Shown: in pieces, positions 1 to 9,891 of the stretch
Numbering within the stretch: the first letter of the stretch is position 1
Layout: each line of letters begins with the position of its first letter
Source of the DNA: a candidate division WOR-3 bacterium
GTDB lineage: Bacteria; Hydrothermota; Tepidihabitantia; Tepidihabitantales; Tepidihabitantaceae
Reading direction: 5' to 3'
NCBI GenBank assembly: GCA_026418295.1
Contig: JAOABP010000005.1
Coordinates: 100,864-164,863, forward strand
DNA length: 64,000 bases
Translations under genes and position numbers: made by a program
The notes under the pieces: model-generated
Seen by the model: the letters and a program-made list of their open reading frames with translations, nothing else
Told to the model about the DNA's origin: nothing
The model's database searches: none

Positions 1-175
1 TCTTTTCATTGAACACCCGGCTTACCAGCCCATTGCCTTTTTTCAAATGGAGTGTAACATCGGAGGTCAGAATTCCGGCAGAATCCTGTCCCCGGTGTTG
101 GAGTGCGATCAGGCCGGTGACCAAGTCCGGTGCTACCGGTTGATTAAAGTAGAAAAGACCGAGAACACCACACAC
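1..175 (-). CDS. purF: Amidophosphoribosyltransferase, 5' part only (runs off the window)
   Basis: Manual translation from GTG at 175 gives MCGVLGLFYFNQPVAPDLVTGLIALQHRGQDSAG, with the N-terminal nucleophile Cys and the LQHRGQDSAG motif. Not in the ORF track. Confidence 0.9.
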   Translation of the reverse strand, partial: MCGVLGLFYFNQPVAPDLVTGLIALQHRGQDSAGILTSDVTLHLKKGNGLVSRVFNEK

Positions 176-216
176 GGATTTATTTTAAGTCATTCAATTC
201 AGAATGCAAATGTTAG

Positions 217-1467
217 TTAATCACGGAGTCTGATGTCAAGGCACGGGATTTTCAACCGTTTTGCCATTCCGGCGGAAACGGTTAATGCCATGCCCGAACC
301 GATTATCTCGCTGCCCATGCGTCTTTTTAATAAATCGACTGCCCGATAAAGTCGTTCCATTTTTTCCAAGCGGAGTGGGTCATCAAAGAGAGTAATTTGA
401 CTGTTCCGGGCAGAGACGAGATGAGTCAGAATGACGCCGGTTTGACGGTAAACCCTGCCGGTTTGATAGATCGCATCAAATCCCTGTTGGATAAAGGGAG
501 CTAATAGAAGCGGATACGCCGTTGGTGCGGACAGCTTCAATTCTACTGCGCTTTCCTGAAATTCTTGGGTGCGGAGAAACAGAATCAGACGCTGAGGTGC
601 CAGCTGATAGCGCCGGGCTTTGAAGCAGGCGGCTTCAAGATTGGCACTGAGTCTGCTGAAGATCACGAGCCGGCTGGTGGTCGGGGAGAATGTCGCTGCC
701 TTGCTGATTGAGCGGTAGTTGTTCTTGGGTTCGGAATTTACCAGATATACCGGTCGACCGTTTAATTCCTGCCAGATTTCGTAGCAGGGTTTGGGGAAGT
801 GTTTCTGGATAAACATTTCGGACCGGCAGGCGAGGTCCAGTGCGGTTCTGATGCCCAGTTTATTACACCAGGCAGCGGTGTTGGTTCCGATTCCCCAAAC
901 CGCATCCACGGGCAATTTTTCCAGATACAGGTGAATCTGCCGCCCCGGGATTACTGTCAGTCCCCCAGGTTTTCTGTGCTGAGAGGCAATCTTGGCGAGA
1001 ACTTTAGTGAGGCTGATTCCGATAGAAACTGAGATGCCCAGTTCTGTCCGGATTGTTTCCTGAATCCGGAAACCCAGTTCCTCATAGGAGCAGTGATAGG
1101 CCCGACGCAGGCCGGTGATGTCCACAAACGCTTCATCAATTGAGTATTCTTCGACCGTTGGAGAAAATCGGCGGAGAATATCCATCAGCCGGATCGAAAA
1201 CAGACTGTATTTTTCATAATCGGAGTTAAGAATAATTACCGCTGGATAAAGGCGTTTCACCTCTTGGATCCGCATGCCCCGTTTGATCCCCAGCACCTTG
1301 GCTTCATAACTGGCAGCAGTGACGATTCCCCGTTCTTTGCCGACGACCAGCGGTTTACCAACGAGGTGGGGATTAGTTGCCTGCTCACAGGCAGCAAAGA
1401 AGGCATCGGCATCCACATGCAGAATAGCATTTTGCCAGTCGAAGACCAGGAGTGGCTGGGTGTTCAT
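217..1467 (-). CDS. dinB: Y-family DNA polymerase (DinB/UmuC-like)
   Basis: Motifs HVDADAFFA, AASYEAK, YSIDEAF, VWGIG; C-terminal QITLF clamp-binding-like motif. Confidence 0.9.
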   Translation of the reverse strand: MNTQPLLVFDWQNAILHVDADAFFAACEQATNPHLVGKPLVVGKERGIVTAASYEAKVLGIKRGMRIQEVKRLYPAVIILNSDYEKYSLFSIRLMDILRRFSPTVEEYSIDEAFVDITGLRRAYHCSYEELGFRIQETIRTELGISVSIGISLTKVLAKIASQHRKPGGLTVIPGRQIHLYLEKLPVDAVWGIGTNTAAWCNKLGIRTALDLACRSEMFIQKHFPKPCYEIWQELNGRPVYLVNSEPKNNYRSISKAATFSPTTSRLVIFSRLSANLEAACFKARRYQLAPQRLILFLRTQEFQESAVELKLSAPTAYPLLLAPFIQQGFDAIYQTGRVYRQTGVILTHLVSARNSQITLFDDPLRLEKMERLYRAVDLLKRRMGSEIIGSGMALTVSAGMAKRLKIPCLDIRLRD

Positions 1468-2048
1468 CGGTATTTCCGGATTACGGCGGTGACCACTCCT
1501 CCGATTCGCAGTTCCGCTCTGGGCTTCAAAGGCGGGTAGTTCGGATTTGCGGGGACGAGGACAATCTGTCCCCCCTGTTTTCTTAAATATTTAATCGTCC
1601 ATTCACCATCAACTTCAGCAATCACGATATCGCCATTCTTGGGGGTAATTGAGCGGTCAATCAGAACCATGTCTCCCGGGAGAATGCCGGCTTCCCGCAT
1701 TGAATCGCCAGTGACTTTCAAGAGGAAGGTGGCGGCTGAGTTGCGTATCAGCCATTCATCAAGTGAAATTTGGTTCAGAAGTTCCTCCTCGGCGGGAGAG
1801 GGAAAACCGGCTTCAACAGTGCCGAGCAGTTTCAAGGGGGAAAGCAGTTTCTGAGGAATAAGCCTGCCTTTTTCATCCTGAGTGATGATCCCGCGTGCCT
1901 TCAGTTTCTTCACCAGCCGGAAAACCGCATTTTTGGAACGCCAGCCAAAGAGCTGCGCAATTTCAGCGTAAGACGGCATCCGGCACCGCTGCCGGTAGAA
2001 CTGCCGGAGCTGTTCAATTTTATTGTTCAGGTCAGTGCTTCGCCTCAC
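1464..2048 (-). CDS. lexA: LexA-like repressor with S24 autopeptidase (winged HTH plus UmuD-like AGFPSPA cleavage site)
   Basis: PSYAEIA...SKNAV HTH, AG cleavage site, catalytic Ser (GDSM) and Lys (TIKY); 4-bp overlap with dinB. Confidence 0.8.
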   Translation of the reverse strand: MRRSTDLNNKIEQLRQFYRQRCRMPSYAEIAQLFGWRSKNAVFRLVKKLKARGIITQDEKGRLIPQKLLSPLKLLGTVEAGFPSPAEEELLNQISLDEWLIRNSAATFLLKVTGDSMREAGILPGDMVLIDRSITPKNGDIVIAEVDGEWTIKYLRKQGGQIVLVPANPNYPPLKPRAELRIGGVVTAVIRKYR

Positions 2049-2054
2049 GAATTA

Positions 2055-2083
2055 ATTATAGTGAACGATTGTTCACCTGTCAA
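2055..2083 (-). promoter_or_regulatory. Consensus sigma70 promoter TTGACA-17-TATAAT with palindromic operator GTGAAC-GATT-GTTCAC (2061-2076) in the spacer
   Basis: Read directly: tgtcaa 2078-2083 and attata 2055-2060; the operator matches the GAAC-N4-GTTC LexA box known from Gram-positive bacteria. Confidence 0.85.
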
Positions 2084-2103
2084 GCAAAAATTTAATATCT
2101 ATC

Positions 2104-2988
2104 TTAGCTGTCGATACCCCGGCCTTCAAAGTCCGGGGTATAGTCGGCGGAGGCAGAGGAAAGTTCCTGCAGAAAACCTTCTTCAAAACCGAGGTCCAGA
2201 AAGTAATTCCTGATCTCCTGATACTCGGAAGGACGGAGGCGCCGGTTCATATCCGGCAGGGTTTCTGCCTGATAGGTCGGATAATACTGTGCCATCAGGC
2301 TGATCTGGGTCTGAGGTCCGAGATTGTCCCGAAGCCAGCGGAGGATTTTCTTGGAATCATCAATCTGTCCCGGTAGGACGAGATGGCGGACAATCAGACC
2401 CTGTTTGAGAATTCCATCCTCGTCATAGCGGTTTTCTTCGACCTGCCGTTTCATTTCCATGATTGCCGCGGAGGCGTATTTAAAATAGTTCGGTGCGGAG
2501 GAGAACTGCTGTGCTAGTTCGTCGGAAAAATACTTCAGATCAGGAAGATAGATGGAGACCAGACCTGTCAGTTGCCGCAGGGTTTCAACTTTCTCATAGG
2601 CGTTGGAGTTCCAGAGGATGGGAATCTGCAACCGCTGTTTCGCTGCTTCGAGCACCGGAATCAGCTGCAGGGTATAGTGGGTCGGGGTGACGAGGTTGAT
2701 GTTGTGGGCACCCTGATCTTCAAGCTGGAGCATGATTTCGACCAACCGCTCCGGTCTCACCTTCCTGCCGAACCCCAGCTGGGAGATGTCGTAGTTTTGA
2801 CAGAAACGGCAACGGAGATTGCAGTGGGAAAAGAAGATCGTTCCTGATCCTCTGGTGCCGGATACCGGTGGTTCCTCCCAGAAATGGAGCTGTGCCTGAG
2901 CGATTTCAATTTCATCGGTTGCCCGGCACCGGCCCGGTTTGACCGCGCGGTCAATGTTACATTCAAACGGACAGGCGTTGCAGATCAC
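2104..2988 (-). CDS. Radical SAM protein, PflX family
   Basis: CNLRCRFC radical SAM motif, HFWEEPP, GSGTIFF, NINLVTPTH, LIVRHLVLPG. Confidence 0.85.
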   Translation of the reverse strand: MICNACPFECNIDRAVKPGRCRATDEIEIAQAQLHFWEEPPVSGTRGSGTIFFSHCNLRCRFCQNYDISQLGFGRKVRPERLVEIMLQLEDQGAHNINLVTPTHYTLQLIPVLEAAKQRLQIPILWNSNAYEKVETLRQLTGLVSIYLPDLKYFSDELAQQFSSAPNYFKYASAAIMEMKRQVEENRYDEDGILKQGLIVRHLVLPGQIDDSKKILRWLRDNLGPQTQISLMAQYYPTYQAETLPDMNRRLRPSEYQEIRNYFLDLGFEEGFLQELSSASADYTPDFEGRGIDS

Positions 2989-3112
2989 GGTTATAATTTT
3001 ACTCTTGAAGGAGGCAGTATCAACCCCGGGGTGGTGCTTGTGATTGGGCGAGCAGAGCAGTGAAATCCGGTCTCTGCCTTGACCCGTAGTGGAGGCGATT
3101 TAGAATATCCAG

Positions 3113-5140
3113 ATGCAGGAGCAGTTTCGGTTGCGATCGCCTTTTCAGCCCGCCGGTGACCAGCCGGAGGCGATTGAGCGGCTGGTTGAATTCATTCAGT
3201 CGGGAGCGAAGTACTCCACCCTTTTGGGGGTAACCGGTTCCGGCAAGACCTTTGTTATGGCATCGGTGATCGCCCGGCTGAACCGGCCGACAATTGTCAT
3301 TTCCCATAACAAGACGCTGGCAGCTCAGCTGTATGGCGAGTTCCGGCAGTTCTTTCCGGATAATGCGGTGGAGTATTTCATTTCTTATTATGACTATTAC
3401 CAGCCTGAGGCTTATGTGCCGGAACATGATCTCTACATTGAAAAGGATGCCTCAATTAACGAAGAGATCGAACGACTCCGCCTACGCGCCACCTCCAGTC
3501 TGATTGAGCGCCGGGATGTGATCGTTGTCGCATCAGTTTCCTGTATCTACAATCTCGGTGAACCCTGGGAGTTCCGGGAGTCGCTCTTTCCGATTGAACT
3601 GAATCGGGAGCTGGACCGGGAACAATTGCTGGAACAGCTGGTGAAACTGCAATACACCAGAAACGATTTTGAACTCAAGCGTTCCACCTTCCGGGTTCGA
3701 GGTGAGGTGGTGGAGGTTCATCCCTCGCACCGGGATTACGGGGTGCGGATTGAATTTCAGAATGATCGGATTGTCCGGCTGAGTATTTTTGACATTGTTT
3801 CCGGCGAGCTTATTGAGCGCCGGGAGCGAGTGGTAATCTATCCGGCACGCCATTTCATTACCGACGAAGAGCGGATTCAACAGGCGATTAAATCAATTGA
3901 GGCTGAACTCCGGCAGCGGGTGGCAGAGCTGGAGGCGCAGGGAAAACTCTTGGAGGCGCAGCGGCTCAGAACCAGAACCAAATTTGACTTGGAGATGATT
4001 CAGGAGTTCGGTTACTGTCCCGGGATCGAAAACTATTCCCGGCATCTTCTGGGCAAGGCGCCGGGAGAAAGGCCCTACTGCCTTCTGGACTATTTCCCGG
4101 CTGATTATCTGATGTTCATTGATGAGTCCCATCAGACCATTCCGCAGATTCAGGGGATGTATAATGGTGATCGATCAAGAAAACAGGTGCTGGTCGATTA
4201 CGGATTCCGGCTGCCCTCCTGTCTGGACAACCGGCCGCTGCGCTTTGACGAGTTTGAAACCCTGATCAATCAGGTGGTATTTACCTCGGCAACGCCGGGA
4301 GATTATGAGCTGGAGCGGAGTCAGGGCCGGGTTGCCGAGCTGATCGTCCGCCCCACCGGTCTGGTGGATCCGAAGATGATCGTCCGGCCGACTACCAATC
4401 AGGTGGACGATCTGCTGAATGAAATCCGGCAGCGGGTTGAGCGCCGGGAGCGGGTGCTGGTAACAACATTGACCAAGCGCATGGCCGAAGACTTGGCAGA
4501 GTACCTGACAGAACTGGGAATTCGTGTAAGGTATCTTCATTCCGAGATCGAGCCGCTGGAGCGGGTGGAGATTCTTCGCGGACTGCGGCTCGGTGAATTT
4601 GATGTGCTGGTCGGGATTAATCTTTTACGTGAGGGGCTGGACCTGCCGGAGGTGTCACTGGTGGCGGTGCTGGATGCGGACAAGGAGGGGTTTCTGCGCG
4701 ATGCCCGTTCCCTGATCCAGACCGCGGGCCGGGCGGCAAGAAATGTCCGGGGCGAGGTGATTTTATACGCCGACAACATTACCCGTTCCATCCGGAATGC
4801 GCTTGCTGAGACTGAGCGACGGCGGCAGAAGCAGATTGAGTATAACCGCCGGCACGGCATTGTTCCCCGTTCAATTGAAAAGACGACAGAACAGGTGCTG
4901 GGCACGACCGCGGTTGTCGATGTCCGGCAGGAGGAAACGGCAGAGAAAGAGTGGCAGGTTGCGGATAGGGAAGACCAAATGGAAATTCTGCTCCGTTTGG
5001 AAAAGGAAATGCAGCAGGCAGCGCAGAATTTGGAGTTTGAACGGGCAGCAAAACTGCGGGACAGAATCCGTGAACTCCAGCAGCAGATTGATGATGCGGA
5101 GTGGCGAAAAAGCCGGCGCAAACGGCTGAAAAATCGGTGA
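3113..5140 (+). CDS. uvrB: Excinuclease ABC subunit B
   Basis: [37 protein letters not shown]-terminal UVR domain. Confidence 0.98.
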   Translation: MQEQFRLRSPFQPAGDQPEAIERLVEFIQSGAKYSTLLGVTGSGKTFVMASVIARLNRPTIVISHNKTLAAQLYGEFRQFFPDNAVEYFISYYDYYQPEAYVPEHDLYIEKDASINEEIERLRLRATSSLIERRDVIVVASVSCIYNLGEPWEFRESLFPIELNRELDREQLLEQLVKLQYTRNDFELKRSTFRVRGEVVEVHPSHRDYGVRIEFQNDRIVRLSIFDIVSGELIERRERVVIYPARHFITDEERIQQAIKSIEAELRQRVAELEAQGKLLEAQRLRTRTKFDLEMIQEFGYCPGIENYSRHLLGKAPGERPYCLLDYFPADYLMFIDESHQTIPQIQGMYNGDRSRKQVLVDYGFRLPSCLDNRPLRFDEFETLINQVVFTSATPGDYELERSQGRVAELIVRPTGLVDPKMIVRPTTNQVDDLLNEIRQRVERRERVLVTTLTKRMAEDLAEYLTELGIRVRYLHSEIEPLERVEILRGLRLGEFDVLVGINLLREGLDLPEVSLVAVLDADKEGFLRDARSLIQTAGRAARNVRGEVILYADNITRSIRNALAETERRRQKQIEYNRRHGIVPRSIEKTTEQVLGTTAVVDVRQEETAEKEWQVADREDQMEILLRLEKEMQQAAQNLEFERAAKLRDRIRELQQQIDDAEWRKSRRKRLKNR

Positions 5141-5172
5141 AGATTCCAGAAATCGGCTTTTAAAACCTCAGC

Positions 5173-6952
5173 TTAAGGTAGCTGCAGTTCAAAGTAATGA
5201 GTCACATCATCAGATGAGGTCGCAAGGCCTATTGCCACCACGCCGCTTTCAGCCGGTTGTAAAAGATGATAGGTGGCGGTCTCCCTTTCCAACTGTTGGT
5301 GCAGCAGGAATCGCTCCGTTTTTCCTTTCTGAAGGTTGAGTTTATAGACAAGAGTTTGCGTGTTGCTCGTAACCAGGGCATAGATGGAGGTGCCGGCATC
5401 AAGAAAATCAACAATCCGCCAGGGGAAGTTGAGACGGAATGTTTCTAGCATATAGCGCAGCGGTTCACTGGAGTGGTCGATCGCCGGAGTAACTGGTGTT
5501 GCATTCTCCCAGATCACGATCGAGTCCTCTAATTCAAATTCTTGGTTGGAGATCAGAATCTTGCCCGAATAACGATCGGCAGCGTAATACCGGTTATTCT
5601 GTCTGCGGACAAATGCTTCGTTATTTACGAGATAACCAAGCCGCAGTTCCTCAAATCTGGAATCAAGTTTACCAATAAAACGGATAAATCTGCCACCGGT
5701 ATCATAAACTGCCAGCTGGTGGATGTTCTTGAGATAAAATTCCTCCCGGAAAGGATTCCAGTCAGCGGGCAGATTTTCATCAGGTATTTCCGAACCCTGG
5801 GCAGGCCAGCCCCGGCAGTAAGGAAGAAACACAATTCCCGTTTCGGGAACGAGGGAGGCATCTGGATGTTCAAAAACGCCGGGAATGGTGTCAGGCCAGG
5901 ATTGAAATTCCACGCACCGTAACATCTGATTGGAATTTATGCTTTTGGTGACCATGACCGGTGCATTGAAGTAGTCAATCTGCACATTCTCATCTTCGTT
6001 TCTCATCCGAATGCTGGGCAGGGAGGCGGTGATTATGAGCAGGGAATCATCAAGAAACCGGTGACTGAAATACATAGAATTGATAATATTCATCGCCTTG
6101 AGTTTAAGCACAAGCTCTGCCGGCAGACGGATGAACAGCGCCTCTTCCGAACTGTCGGGATAAAGCGCACGCAGCAGCTTTCCAGTGAAGAGATCGAAGA
6201 CATAAACATGGAAGGTCATATGGTCGGTAAACGCAAGACGGGTACCGGCTGGATTGAGCGAAAGATAATACGTGCTAGAAATCGGATGTTCATCTGTGTC
6301 CCAAAGTCTTATCCGGCGCCGGAATTGCGGCTTTAGCCTTTTCCCCGGCACTCTTTTTTCTGAAATAGCGGCTGCGTTGCGGGCAACTCTCGGGCGGGAG
6401 CCGTCGGCGATGAAATGGGCAACTAAGATGGAGTCAATCCGGCAGCTCAGTGCCCGGGAAGAAATAAGTTCTCCGGTTGAGATTTTGAACTTGGTAACAA
6501 AGGGTACCTGGAGAGTACCGGCGGAAAATTGAAAGTTTCTGAGGAAGTTTTCATCAACCACCAAGAGCATTATCGACATTAAAACTCCGGCGCTGGAGAT
6601 AGCGTTCTGCCGCACGGCGGTGATTGGAGACCGCAAGCAGGGTGATGTCATTTTTTACCCCCTGAGCCCGGAGGCGTTCGATGAACGGTACGATTCCTCC
6701 TTCGATCCTGGCAGCGATCATCGGCGGGACGACAAAAATGTATACAGTATCTGATTTGTAGGCAATACCAAGTTTCTGGAAAAAGCGGCGGACTTCACGA
6801 TTGGTGCCTTCAATCTGCGCCATCTGGTGAAGTTGCTGAGCCGGATTGAAATTGGAACCGAATAGATAAAAAGCGGTTAAAAGTATGAGAATAAGGGCAG
6901 GGGCAAGAATCTTACTGCCCCTGCCCGCATTTACCACTGAGTTACCTTTCAT
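5173..6952 (-). pseudogene. Frameshifted secreted or membrane-anchored protein (thioredoxin-like segment plus probable beta-propeller), ~592 aa if repaired
   Basis: ORF 6554..6952 (TM or signal segment) ends ...NVDNALGG*. The overlapping frame 5173..6651 continues VVDENFLRNF. Removing one base near 6563 gives a seamless ...NVDNALVVDENF... Confidence 0.65.
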
Positions 6953-6959
6953 GTCTAGG

Positions 6960-7291
6960 TTATTCGAGCGGAGTAATTTCCTTGACCTTCAGTTCGTCAC
7001 CGTAAACTGGAGTTTCATCAAGCGGCAAAGGAGCACCCAGACGAATACGATAGCGCTGTCCTGAACTCGGGTCAGTACCCGTTAATTCAAGGAGGATATC
7101 AGGTGATGCATTAAAGGGAAGGGTAATCTCAAGACAGACAATGGAATCTCTGTCAGAGCAGATTCGAGGGGGAATAATTGTTATTCCTCCAGAACCATAG
7201 AGCTTGATATTAGCAGCGGTAAGTACAGGAATCAGGAAAAAAGAAGTCCGACGAAAAGAATGCGCAGGTTTGTTAATTTTTTTCCAAGCAT
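6960..7291 (-). pseudogene. Frameshifted small secreted protein, ~110 aa if repaired
   Basis: ATG at 7291 follows purine-rich AAGGAAAAGG and gives MLGKKLTNLRILFVGLLFS*. Adding one T to the T6 run (7237-7242) yields ...GLLFFLIPVLTAANIKLYGSGG...KEITPLE*, with TAA at 6960-6962. Confidence 0.65.
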
Positions 7292-7365
7292 CCTTTTCCT
7301 TTTTTCACAGCCGGAGTTTTTCCGACTGCGACTAAATTATACTACTACTATTTGTCAACTTTAAT

Positions 7366-8466
7366 TTATTTCCTCATTCTCAGCCATAAACTGTGCAGGT
7401 GGCCGGCGATGGTCATTGCCTTTACCGGACAGATTTCTGAGCAGCAGAAGCAGCGGATGCATCTCCGGCGGTCAATTTCAGGGAAGGAGTTCATTTCGAT
7501 CGCACCTACCGGACAGTTACGGGCACATTCAGCACAACGGATGCAGCGGTTGCGGTTCAGGACTGGTACGCGGGGAATGATCAGCCGATATACCGGCCGG
7601 GAGAGGCGGGTGATCAAACTGGCGAATCCGGCACCAGGCAGGCGGAATCCGGGAATTGGTGCAAAATCACCATGGATCTGAATTGCGGTCCGGTCTGCCG
7701 GTCCTAGTCCGCGGCTGGCGGCAATCCGCACAGTCGGAATGGAGTCCGGTCGGACACCGGCAAGCATCGCCATCACCGCATCCAGGGCAACACCGTTTTC
7801 ACTGGCAAGCAGCAGATCCATCTTCCGCACCCTTCCGCCACTGGGGCCGTTGATTCCGTCCATGACCCGGATACCGTCCATGATATGGAACATTTTTACC
7901 GGCACCGCCTGATAGATGTCTATCAGCAGTTCGGCAAACTGCTCCGAACTGGCAGCTAGGGTGTGGAGATATGCCTTGTGACCGCCGGGGATGATGCCGA
8001 AAATGTTTTTGATCGCACCAGTGAGCAGGGTCAGGGCATGGGTTTTGAACACCGGCAGGTTGAGGATAATGTCAACTTCATGAATCAGGCTCGAGACCGG
8101 AATTTCTGTGGTATAGCGGGATGAGAGCGGCAGTTGCACCGGGTTGATTGATACATTCTGAAAACAGCTCTGACTGGCTTCAATCACACCGGTCGGTTTC
8201 AGGTAGTCTTCAATCCGGTTCCGGCGGGCGCCAGCCGGGTTGTCGCCGACGATTATTCTTTTGGCGTTGCGCCGTTTGAGCTCGGAGACGAGCTCATAAA
8301 CCAGCTCCGGACTGGTGGTTACTCCGGCTTCAGGTGGATGGGGCGCGAGCAGGTTAGGTTTGATCCAGATCCGTTTGCCGGAGAAGTCATAACCGAGGAA
8401 GTCAAGCGCCTCAATGACCGCTGCCTGCAGGTCGCCAATTTTTCGCACGAGTACCGAGGAGAACAT
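7366..8466 (-). CDS. DUF362 domain protein with C-terminal 2x[4Fe-4S] ferredoxin domain
   Basis: IKPNLL, PVFKTH, GAIKN; CIRCAECARNCP and CIRCFCCSEICP. Confidence 0.85.
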   Translation of the reverse strand: MFSSVLVRKIGDLQAAVIEALDFLGYDFSGKRIWIKPNLLAPHPPEAGVTTSPELVYELVSELKRRNAKRIIVGDNPAGARRNRIEDYLKPTGVIEASQSCFQNVSINPVQLPLSSRYTTEIPVSSLIHEVDIILNLPVFKTHALTLLTGAIKNIFGIIPGGHKAYLHTLAASSEQFAELLIDIYQAVPVKMFHIMDGIRVMDGINGPSGGRVRKMDLLLASENGVALDAVMAMLAGVRPDSIPTVRIAASRGLGPADRTAIQIHGDFAPIPGFRLPGAGFASLITRLSRPVYRLIIPRVPVLNRNRCIRCAECARNCPVGAIEMNSFPEIDRRRCIRCFCCSEICPVKAMTIAGHLHSLWLRMRK

Positions 8467-8484
8467 TACTGAGTCGGCAGGTTG

Positions 8485-8676
8485 CTATTTGTTATCTTGA
8501 CCCGGGATGATATAAAGGACATTGGCAAGGGAGACTACCGCTTCGGGCTGGCGCTCCCTGCCTTCTGGAATTCCGGTGTCCCTGAACACCACATCCACCA
8601 TCTTGACCACACCCTCCTTGACGGTGTAGCCGCCGCAGACCGCATAGCCGCCGGATTTGAGATAGACGATGGGCAT
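8485..8676 (-). CDS. Small hypothetical protein (63 aa, beta-rich)
   Basis: Strong SD (AAGGAGG) upstream; fills the gap between co-oriented genes. Confidence 0.75.
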   Translation of the reverse strand: MPIVYLKSGGYAVCGGYTVKEGVVKMVDVVFRDTGIPEGRERQPEAVVSLANVLYIIPGQDNK

Positions 8677-8688
8677 TTTTCCTCCTTT

Positions 8689-9891
8689 CTACGCCTCAGG
8701 TCGGGGCAGGGTGACCCGCGCCGGTTTTTCCTGCCGGAAACCGAGGGCAAAGTCCGCTTGGAGCAGTTTGTGAATCTCCCGGCTCCCCTCATATATCTGA
8801 GCGCCCTTGGCATTCCGGTAGAAGCGTTCCACCGGATATTCGTCTGAGAAGCCGTAGGCACCCAGGATCTGCACCGCATTGCTTGCTGCCCGTTCGGCCG
8901 CCTCACAGGCAAAAAGTTTTGCCGCTGAGGTGGCACGGGTGGCGGTCCGGCCCTGATTTTTTTCCCAGCCGGCGCGGAGGTAGAGCAGTCTTGCAGCCTG
9001 ATAGCTGACCGACATGTCGGCGATCATTTCCTTGACAAGCTGATGCTCAGCGAGCGATTTCCCGAAGCTGCTGCGGGTAAGGGCGTAGCCGGACGCCGCA
9101 TCAAGGCAGGCACGGATCAGACCGGTGGCACCGGCAGCGACTGTGTAACGCCCCTGATCGATTGCAAACATGGCGATCCTGAAGCCTTCCCCCTCCAGAC
9201 CGAGACGGTTGGCTTCCGGGACCCGGACATCGCTCAGGGAAATGGAACCGGTATTGCCCGCACGGACGCCGAGCTTGTGATGGATGGTGCTAGTGGTCAG
9301 ACCGGGCATACCCCGTTCGAGGATAAAGGCGGTGATACCGGTGTGGTCCCGCCGCTGCTGTTTTTCACGATCAGTCCAAGCAAAGACAAGGAAGTGGTCG
9401 GCGATGTCCGCAAGAGAAATCCAGGTTTTCTCGCCGTTCAGGATGTAGCAGTTGCCATCCCGGCGGGCGGTCGCCCGGATACCCAGAACATCGGAGCCGG
9501 CATCCGGTTCGGTCAGACCGAAGGCGGCAAGTTTTTCCCCTTTTGCCTGAGGGACCAGATAACGTCTTTTCTGCTCTTCACTGCCCCAAGCCAGCATGGT
9601 CAGACTGACTAGACCGATGTGGACCGAAAGGATTACCCGTAATGAGGTGTCAACATACTCCAGCTCCTCACAGGCAAGTCCGAGACTGATATAGTCCCCA
9701 CCGCTTCCGCCCCAGACGGCAGGGATCGTCAGTCCAAGCAGACCCAGCTCCGCCATCTTCCGGGCGATCTGCGGGTCAAAGAACTGGTTGCGGTCGTTTT
9801 CCTGAATTCTGGGTTGAACCTCGTGGCGGGCAAACTCCCGGGCAAGTTTCTGCACGAGCTGCTGTTCTTCAGTGAAGGTGAAGTCGATCAC
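8689..9891 (-). CDS. Acyl-CoA dehydrogenase
   Basis: FGLTEPDAGSD, LNGEKTWIS, QILGAYG, IYEGS. Confidence 0.92.
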   Translation of the reverse strand: MIDFTFTEEQQLVQKLAREFARHEVQPRIQENDRNQFFDPQIARKMAELGLLGLTIPAVWGGSGGDYISLGLACEELEYVDTSLRVILSVHIGLVSLTMLAWGSEEQKRRYLVPQAKGEKLAAFGLTEPDAGSDVLGIRATARRDGNCYILNGEKTWISLADIADHFLVFAWTDREKQQRRDHTGITAFILERGMPGLTTSTIHHKLGVRAGNTGSISLSDVRVPEANRLGLEGEGFRIAMFAIDQGRYTVAAGATGLIRACLDAASGYALTRSSFGKSLAEHQLVKEMIADMSVSYQAARLLYLRAGWEKNQGRTATRATSAAKLFACEAAERAASNAVQILGAYGFSDEYPVERFYRNAKGAQIYEGSREIHKLLQADFALGFRQEKPARVTLPRPEA

